Assembly (NCBI RefSeq): GCF_006345805.1 | Contig: NW_021829250.1 | Coordinates: 1 to 6,721, forward strand | DNA length: 6,721 nucleotides | Reading direction: 5' to 3' | Source: Octopus sinensis | Lineage: Eukaryota | Part shown: positions 1-6,721 of the stretch, one piece after another | Position numbering within the stretch: the stretch's first letter is position 1 | How the letters are laid out: the number at the start of each line of letters is the position of its first letter | Notes under the pieces: model-generated | The model's database searches: none | Seen by the model: only the letters and a program-made list of their open reading frames with translations | What the model was told of the DNA's origin: nothing | Made by a program: the position numbers and the translations under genes

Positions 1-22
1 TATATAGTTATTTCCCTTACAA

Positions 23-51
23 ACCCGAGCAACGCCGGGCGATACTGCTAG
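23..51 (+). mobile_element. Helitron 3' terminus (GC-rich hairpin + CTAG|T); element body extends left out of the window
   Basis: ACCCGAGCAACGCCGGGCGATACTGCTAG followed by T52. The imperfect hairpin CCCG(A)GC-AAC-GCCGGG lies a few nt before CTAG (48-51). It is near-identical to the reverse complement of the termini at 5142-5170 and 5534-5562. Confidence 0.8.
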
Positions 52-411
52 TATATATATATATATAAAGGCAAGGAATTCTGTCTTCTCTGTGATTTTA
101 AACTATTTTTCATTATTTTTTGTAAAAATCCCCCAGTAAACACGGTTATAGAGCGTGCATACCGAAGTAAACATTGGCAAAAACACACCTTTAGTTCCTA
201 TAAGTAATCTCTATCATTATATATAATTTAAAAATTAATTTTCTTTTTATATTTAACATTCACTGAAAAAATATCCCTACTCTTTCTATAGACTACTTCT
301 GACGTTATATCATATAACGTTTTTTCAAACAATATTAATAGCGTTCAGTAAATCACTATACATATCCATCATTTTCTGTTAAAATCTCTTATTGACGAGT
401 TTCATTTCTTC

Positions 412-500
412 ACTTCCCTGAAGAGAAGATTACATTGTTTTACACCATTTTATTCCTTTGGAATAATATCAGCGAAATCTTCGAAACATGTGTCGGAAGT
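412..500 (+). ncRNA. Type I hammerhead ribozyme motif with minimal stem III (Penelope-like element type)
   Basis: Stem I is ACTTCC(412-417)/GGAAGT(495-500). Core CTGAAGA at 418-424. Stem II is GAAGATT(425-431)/AATCTTC(476-482). GAAA at 483-486. Stem III is AC-ATGT-GT, and the cleavage triplet is GTC (492-494). All conserved core nucleotides are present. Confidence 0.85.
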
Positions 501-533
501 AGAAGTATTTGAATTATACCTGCGTTAAACTCC

Positions 534-571
<38 letters not shown>

Positions 572-625
572 CTATATATATATAATATATCTATATATAT
601 ATAGATTTATATAGATATATATATA
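534..625. repeat. Imperfect (TA)n microsatellite
   Basis: TA dinucleotide run with a few interruptions. Shorter TA runs occur at 52-67 and 779-797. Confidence 0.95.
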
Positions 626-1110
626 AAGTTAGAGATAAACCACTATTAGGCAAATCAAACAGTGAAAAACATAACCAATAATACAACAATAAAATTATTA
701 ATATAATATACAAAATATAAATATAAAATTCAAAATTAAAATTATTTAATTTAAATTTAAAAGTTGGGATTTACTCCCTAATATATATATATATATACAC
801 TGAGAAAGTGTTCAAATGAACTGTTATTAAATAATTAAAGATTTTTAAAAAGAAAGATGTCCCCTCAATGTAATATTAATGTTTTGTGGAAGAATGAGGG
901 GAGACATCAGGGCCGGAAGCGAGGGGGGAGTGACATCATGTCAAGAAGCGGGGGTTTTAAACAGCTTCTCTCTTGGTCAAGACTTTGAGCTGAACACACG
1001 TGAGGAGCGGATGTCAGAGGGATTGTAGTTTCTGGCCGGATGTTCGGGTAGAGTACGTTTGTAGGTACGTCTAGCAAGATCTTCTGATCCTGGTGCTTTA
1101 TACCCTGTTT

Positions 1111-1832
1111 GGATCTTTTCGGTTTGAACGGCAGTTTTTTTCTAGCGGTGTCATATGAAATTGTCACCCATAATTATGACCCTAGTATCGATCTATTGCA
1201 TTTCAAGCTATTTTAGGGTTAGGGTTAGTTAGGGTTGGGGGTGGGGGAAGGGTATATTTTTTTCTTCAGAAATGTAAATAAACCCAATCTGTTTCTTAAA
1301 CGAGGGACATATTCATACGGCACTGAATGTTTTCACCTCAATAGACGTCATTGATTGGTTGAAATTGCAGAAATTGAAGAAAGAAAACAACAAATATCTT
1401 ACAAACTATAGAATTTTCTCAATAAAGCCAAGAGAAACAGATGTTTTATAAACACATTCTACCAGTATACGAAGTTTAAAAGTGTTTAGTTACGTGGAAA
1501 TTATTTTAAAAAACTGCTGCGTTCAAACCGAAAAGATCCCAAATATCTTACAAACTATAGAATTTTCTCAATAAAGCCAAGAGAAAAAGATGTTTTATAA
1601 CACATTCTACCAGTATACGAAGTTTAAAAGTGTTTAGTTACGTGGAAATTATTTTAATAAACTGCCGGTCAAACCGAAAAGATCCCAAATATCTTACAAA
1701 CTATAGAATTTTCTCAATAAAGCCAAGAGAAAAAGATGTTTTATAAACACATTCTACCAGTATACGAAGTTTAAAAGTGTTTAGTTACGTGGAAATTATG
1801 TTAAAAACTGCCGGTCAAACCGAAAAGATCCC
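1111..1832. mobile_element. Non-autonomous TIR DNA transposon (MITE-like), possibly Merlin superfamily
   Basis: Left TIR GGATCTTTTCGGTTTGAACGGCAGTTTTT (1111-1139) is the inverse of AAAAACTGCCGGTCAAACCGAAAAGATCC (1803-1831) with one mismatch. Both sides carry the 8-bp direct repeat CCCTGTTT (1103-1110, 1833-1840). GG-starting TIRs with an 8-9 bp TSD fit Merlin, but that assignment is an inference. No transposase ORF. Confidence 0.85.
1392..1832 (+). repeat. Three tandem copies (149, 146, 146 bp) of the transposon right end including the TIR
   Basis: Unit AAATATCTTACAAAC...CAAACCGAAAAGATCCC at 1392-1540, 1541-1686 and 1687-1832. Confidence 0.95.
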
Positions 1833-1948
1833 CCCTGTTTGATATTTATCTCTCACTGGATGGAGTATTTCTTTTGTTGAATCTACCTCTATTGGATCTT
1901 TCAAAAGAACTATTATTATATAATTAAAGATTTTCAATAGTATATATA

Positions 1949-2331
1949 GGAGCACTCCGTCAGTTGCGACGATGAGGGTCCCAGCTGATACGATCAACGG
2001 AACAGCTTGCTCGTGATATTAACGTGCAAGTGGCTGAGCACTCCACAGACACGTGTACCCTTAACATAGTCCTCGGGGAGATTCAGCGTGACACAGAGTG
2101 TGACAAGGCTGGCCCTTTTGAAATACAGGTACAACAGAAACAGGAAGTAAGAGTGAGAGAGAAAGTTGTGGTGAAAGAGTACAGCAGGGATCACCACCAT
2201 CCCCTGCCGGAGCCTCGTGGAGCTTTAGGTGTTTTCACTCAATAAACACACACAACGCCCGGTCTGGGAATCGAAACCGCGATCCTGCGACCGCGAGTCC
2301 GCTGCCCTAACCACTGGGCCATTGCGCCTCC
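1949..2331 (-). mobile_element. Apparently full-length tRNA-derived SINE (family A)
   Basis: Minus strand starts GGAGGCGCAATGGCCCAGTGGTTAGGGCAGCGGACTCGCGG, with A box TGGCCCAGTGG and B box GGTTTCGATTCCC. A GC-richer body follows and ends ...GACGGAGTGCTCC next to a TA run. It resembles octopus tRNA-derived SINEs from memory; the family name is not confirmed. Confidence 0.85.
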
Positions 2332-2999
2332 ACTGATGAAAGAGTACAGCAGGGTTCACCACCATCTCCTGCCGGAGCCTCGTGGAGCCTTAGGTGTTTT
2401 CGCTCAATAAACACACACAACGCCCGGTCTGGGAATCGAAACCGCGATCCTCCGACAGCGAGTCCGCTGCCCTAACCACTGGGCCATTGCGCCTCCACTG
2501 GTGAAAGAGTACAGCAGGGTTCACCACCATCCCCTGCCGGAGCCTCGTGGAGCTTTAGGTGTTTTCGCTCAATAAACACTCACACAACGCCCGGTCTGGG
2601 AATCGAAACCGCGATCCTCCGACCGCGAGTCCGCTGCCCTAACCACTGGGCCATTGCGCCTCCACTGGTGAAAGAGTACAGCAGGGTTCACCACCATCCC
2701 CTGCCGGAGCCTCGTGGAGCTTTTAGGTGTTTTCGCGCTCAATAAACACACACAACGCCCGGTCTGGGAATCGAAACCGCGATCCTCCGACCGCGAGTCC
2801 GCTGCCCTAACCACTGGGCCATTGCGCCTCCACTGGTGAAAGAGTACAGCAGGGTTCACCACCATCCCCTGCCGGAGCCTCGTGGAGCTTTTAGGTGTTT
2901 TCGCGCTCAATAAACACTCACAACGCCCGGTCTGGGAATCGAAACCGCGATCCTCCGACCGCGAGTCCGCTGCCCTAACCACTGGGCCATTGCGCCTCC
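2169..2999 (-). repeat. Five tandem 165-168 bp copies of the SINE A 5' region (tRNA head + adjacent segment)
   Basis: Units at 2169-2333, 2334-2498, 2499-2665, 2666-2833 and 2834-2999. Each has intact A and B boxes, and the units differ at only a few positions. Confidence 0.95.
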
Positions 3000-3037
3000 A
3001 AAGATGTACAATATGAGTAAGGAGATAATATTTATAC

Positions 3038-3189
3038 TTTTCTATGAAAATAAATTCTTTTGGAACCCAATTCTCGTTTGAATTTTCAATGATTTTCTCT
3101 TTCTGGAACCATGATGTAGAGCTCGTCCCCGTTCCATTGAAGGTTATGACGTAGTCATTCTTTTGTTTCATTCTCACTCGAAATTCCAC
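3038..3189 (-). CDS. Internal coding exon (152 nt) of an uncharacterised protein: VEFRVRMKQKNDYVITFNGTGTSSTSWFQKEKIIENSNENWVPKEFIFIE
   Basis: Acceptor ctttctattttcag|GTG at 3190/3189, and likely donor GAAAA|gtataa at 3038/3037, which is weaker. The frame is open in non-repetitive sequence, and the phase-0 start matches the phase-0 end of exon 6718-6627. Confidence 0.8.
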
Positions 3190-3261
3190 CTGAAAATAGA
3201 AAGTTGACTCCGATCAGTAAAGAATCTAAGGGAGTGGGGAAGGATAGACTTGTATATATTG

Positions 3262-4940
3262 CTTTATTGCCCACAAGGGGCTAAACATAGAGGGGACAAA
3301 CAAGGCCAGACAAAGGGATCAAGTCGATTACATCGACCCCAGTGCGTAACTGGTACTTTATTTATCGACCTCGGAGGAATTTGAGCTCAGAACGTAACGA
3401 CAGACGAAATACCTATTTCTTTACTACCCACAAGGGGCTAAACATAGAGGGGACAAACAAGGACAAACAAAGGGATCAAGTCGATTACATCGACCCCAGT
3501 GCGTAACTGGTACTTTATTTATCGACCTCGGAGGAATTTGAGCTCAGAACACAACGACAGACGAAATACCAATTTCTTTACTAACCACAAGGGTCCAAAC
3601 ATAGAGGGGACAAACAAGGACAGCCAAAGGGATCAAGTCGATTACATCGACCCCAGTGCGTAACTGGTACTTTATTTATCGACCCCGAAAGGATGAAGAC
3701 AAGTCGACCTCGGAGGAATTTGAACTCAGAACGTAGCGGCAGACGAAATACCTATTTCTTTACTAACCACAGGGGGCTAAACATAGAGGGGACAAACAAG
3801 GACAGACAAACGGATCAAGTCGATTACATCGACCCCAGTGCGTAACTGGTACTTTATTTATCGACCCCGAAAGGATGAAAGGCAAAGTCGACCTCGGAGG
3901 AATTTGAACTCAGAACGTAGCGGCAGACGAAATACCTATTTCTTTACTAACCACAGGGGGCTAAACATAGAGGGGACAAACAAGGACAGCCAAAGGGATC
4001 AAGTCGATTACATCGACCCCAGTGCGTACTGGTACTTTATTTATCGACCCCGAGAAGGAGAAAGGCAAGTCGACCTCGGAGGAATTTGAACTCAGAACGT
4101 AGCGGCAGACGAAATACCTATTTCTTTACTAACCACAGGGGGCTAAACATAGAGGGGACAACAAGGACAGACAAACTGATCAAGTCGATTACATCGACCC
4201 CAGTGCGTAGCTGGTACTTTATTTATCGACTCCGAAAGGATGAAAGGCAAGTCGACCTCGAGGAATTTGAACTCAGAACGTAGCGGCACCGCAAATACCT
4301 ATTTCTTTACTACTCACAAGGGCTAAACATAGAGGGGACAAACAGGACAAACAAAGGATCAAGTCGATTATATCGACCCCAGTGCGTAACTGGTACTTTA
4401 TTTATCGACCCCGAAAGGATGAAAGGCAAAGTCGACCTCGGAGGAATTTGACTTCAGAACGTAGCGGCAGACCTGTTTCTTTACTACCCACAAGGGGCTA
4501 AACATAGAGGGGACAAACAAAGACAGACATAAGTATTAAGTCGATTACATCGACCCCAGTGCGTAACTGGTACTTTATTTATCGACCCCGAAAGGATGAA
4601 AGACAAGGTCGACCTCGGCGGAATTTGAACTCAGAACGTAACAACAGACGAAATACCTATTTCATTACTACCCACAAGGGGCTAAACACAGAGGGGACAA
4701 ACAAGGACAAACAAACGGATCAAGTCGATTACATCGACCCCAGTGCGTAACTGGTACTTTATTTATCGACCCCGAAAGGATGAAAGACAAGGTCGACCTC
4801 GGCGGAATTTGAACTCAGAACGTAACAACAGACGAAATACCTATTTCATTACTACCCACAAGGGGCTAAACACAGAGGGGACAAACAAGGACAAACAAAC
4901 GGCGGAATTTGAACTCAGAACGTAACGACAGACGAAATAC
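3262..4940 (-). mobile_element. Tandem array of 10 copies of a 5'-truncated SINE body (family B), full unit about 184 bp
   Basis: Units start at 3262, 3419, 3576, 3758, 3942, 4124, 4305, 4479, 4663 and 4847. On the minus strand most carry B box GAGTTCAAATTCC followed by GAGGTCGACTTTGCCTTTCATCCTTTCGGGGTCGATAAATAAAGTACCAG. From memory this resembles a conserved SINE central domain (Meta/MESC-like). No A box is seen in the units. Confidence 0.85.
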
Positions 4941-5018
4941 AACGCCCGGTCTGGGAATCGAAACAACGATCCTCCGACCGCGAGTTCGCTGCCCTAACCA
5001 TTGGACCATTGCGCCTCC
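4939..5018 (-). mobile_element. Isolated SINE A tRNA head fused to the SINE B array
   Basis: ACAACGCCCGGTCTGGGAATCGAAACAACGATCCTCCGACCGCGAGTTCGCTGCCCTAACCATTGGACCATTGCGCCTCC matches the heads at 2169-2999 with a handful of substitutions. Confidence 0.9.
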
Positions 5019-5141
5019 AAATTATACCCTACCGTCTAGTAAAAGATAGAACAGAGGGGATAATCTAATTATGGATATTGTATATAGGAAAGTAAGACAA
5101 GGTATCAAAATTTCAAATAAAATATTCAGATTTAGAAAATA

Positions 5142-5533
5142 CTAGCAGTATAACCCGGCGTTGCTCGGGTGTGCTTCGACCCTTTAGAAGTGGAATTTTT
5201 GAAAAGTAAAACCTTTGCATTATGTAGCTTGTTATTCTCTTTAGGTGAACATTTTTCTGGTTGAAATACACCGAAAAATGGCGACACAGCAGTCAAAAAA
5301 TCGTAAAAAAAAGGGATTTTCATAGAAAAAAAGCACCTTTTTTTATGTAAATAATTTTTTCGTCTTAACATGGTCAGATTTGAATCTTATCTTCTATGGA
5401 ATGAAGAGCAAGCCTTCTTCTATCATACTCTCAATTTTGGTCGACTTGCGTCGCAGGGTCTCGGAGGAGATAGTGTTAGTTGAAGGCTACCAAACCTTCC
5501 ACACACAGACATCTTCAGATTTATATATATAGA
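5142..5533 (-). mobile_element. Complete non-autonomous Helitron (392 bp)
   Basis: Minus strand begins TCTATATATATAAATCTGAAGATGTCTGTGTGTGG and ends ACCCGAGCAACGCCGGGTTATACTGCTAG|T. It has the 5' TC, the subterminal hairpin and the 3' CTAG. Confidence 0.85.
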
Positions 5534-6391
5534 CTAGCAGTATCGCTCGGCGTTGCTCGGGTGTGCTTCGACCCTTTAGAAGTGGAATTTGTGAAAAGTA
5601 AAACTTTTGCATTATGTAGCTTGTTATTCTCTTTAAGTGAACATTTTTCTGGTTGAAATACCCCGAAAAATGGTGACACAGCAGTCAAAAAATCGTAAAA
5701 AAATGGGATCTTCATAGAAAAAAGAAGCACCTTTTTTTATGTAAATAATTTTTTGGTCTTAACATGGTCAGATTTGAGTTTTTTTTCTTCTACGGAAGGA
5801 AGAGCAAGCCTTCTTCTATCATACACTCAATTTTGGTCAGCTTGCGCCGCAGGGTTTCGGAGGAGATAGTGTTAGTTGAAGGCTACCAAACCTGCCACAC
5901 ACACACAGACAACTCCAGCTTTATATATAGTAACAAATAGAGATTTTCATAGAAAAAAAGCACCTTTTTGATGTAAATCATTTTTGGTGTTAACATGGTT
6001 CGATTTGAATTTCTTCTTCTACGGAATGAAGAGCAAGCCTTCTTCTATCATACTCTCAATTTTGGTCAACTTGCGCCGCAGGGTTTCGGAGGAGATAGTG
6101 TTAGTTGAAGGCTACCAAACCTGCCACACACACACAGACAACTCCAGCTTTATATATAGTAACAAATAGAGATTTTCATAGAAAAAAAGCACCTTTTTGA
6201 TGTAAATCATTTTTGGTGTTAACATTGTCCGATTTGAATTTTATCTTCTATGGAATGAAGAGCAAGCCTTCTTCTATCATACTCTCAATTTTGGTCAACT
6301 TGCGTCGTAGGGTTTCGGAGGAGATAGTGTTAGTTGAAGGCTACCAAACCTGCCACACACACACAGACAACTTCAGCTTTATATATATAGA
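5534..6391 (-). mobile_element. Non-autonomous Helitron of the same family with a triplicated 5' segment
   Basis: A|TCTATATATATAAAGCTGAAGTTGTCTGTGTGTG at 6392/6391, and 3' hairpin + CTAG at 5562-5534. The 5' segment of about 230 bp is repeated at 5696-5930, 5931-6159 and 6160-6391. Confidence 0.85.
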
Positions 6392-6626
6392 TTAGATGTT
6401 TATTAAAACTAAAAATTTTATTACAGGTTATTACTTCTATTTCATTGGATTCTAAAGGTTAAACTGCAAGAACAAAATGGAGTGTACGAAGGAAACAAAT
6501 GACATATTCCATTGCAATATCGACAGACAAAAATAAAAAGCCAAATCACTCCCAAAATGGCGGATTAACAAATATGTAGATAGCTTCTTAAATGAGACTC
6601 GTTTTGTAGTTTCAAACTTTCATTAC

Positions 6627-6718
6627 CTCTTCAATGGCCAAGTTGTCCCAGTTTAAATACAAAGGACTCCTTATAAATGAGTCTTCGGTCATCTCATACA
6701 CTTTCTCCCAGCTTGTAC
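6627..6718 (-). CDS. Coding exon (92 nt): (x)TSWEKVYEMTEDSFIRSPLYLNWDNLAIEE, spliced in frame to exon 3189-3038
   Basis: Donor GAAGAG|gtaatg at 6627/6626 and an open frame of 30 codons. A putative acceptor cag lies at 6721-6719, at the window edge, so the upstream boundary is unverified. Confidence 0.78.
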
Positions 6719-6721
6719 CTG

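Noticed and set aside
379-417. Possible terminal exon on the minus strand (tcttctcttcag|GSEEMKLVNKRF*)
   Set aside because: The apparent acceptor is the reverse complement of the hammerhead core and stem II. The longer reading needs phase 0, whereas the upstream exon ends in phase 2, which would give only KEVKK*.
1344-1359. CRE-like GACGTCA next to a reverse CCAAT box inside the TIR element
   Set aside because: Short motifs with no associated transcript or ORF evidence.
1846-1897. Possible phase-2 terminal exon (ttttgaaag|...KSNRGRFNKRNTPSSER*)
   Set aside because: Weak AAG acceptor, no recognisable similarity, and it lies inside the unit bounded by the 38-bp direct repeats. It cannot be supported without RNA data.
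2333-2339. Additional hammerhead cores (CTGATGA here; minus-strand CTGAAGA near 1263-1269 and 5512-5518)
   Set aside because: No flanking stems or correctly placed GAAA/UH. Two of them are point variants of repeat units.
2921-2999. tRNA gene cluster (five tRNA-like copies)
   Set aside because: A and B boxes are present, but the acceptor, anticodon and T stems do not pair properly, and the sequence continues into a SINE body.
2569-3037. C-terminal part of the 206-aa ORF
   Set aside because: Read-through from the exon into 168-bp SINE head repeats that happen to keep frame. The GTG start is the first codon after a splice acceptor.
3262-4940. CRISPR-like array (palindromic repeats at regular spacing)
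   Set aside because: There are no unique spacers because whole units repeat. The context is eukaryotic and no cas genes are present.
907-6395. Remaining short ORFs in the track (907-1167, 1815-2245, 3838-4925, 5132-6395)
   Set aside because: They lie within or across non-coding repeats, mostly use non-ATG starts, recur with the repeat units, and show no transposase, RT or RepHel motifs.

Overview
Eukaryotic, AT-rich, intron-dominated DNA. The SINE types resemble, from memory, octopus/cephalopod elements; this is an inference and was not searched. A minus-strand spliced gene is supported by two exons that join in frame (6718-6627 and 3189-3038) and encode a fragment of an uncharacterised protein. 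Most of the rest is mobile DNA. It includes a type I hammerhead ribozyme at 412-500 (+ strand, Penelope-like minimal stem III), a TIR element with an 8-bp TSD (1111-1832), a tRNA-derived SINE with five tandem heads (1949-2999), and a 10-unit array of a second SINE body capped by the first SINE's tRNA head (3262-5018). There is also a head-to-tail non-autonomous Helitron concatemer (5142-6391) and a Helitron 3' end at the window start. Four mechanistically different elements all show local tandem amplification of a 146-235 bp segment. Apart from the exon part of 2569..3189, the supplied ORFs appear to be by-products of repeats.
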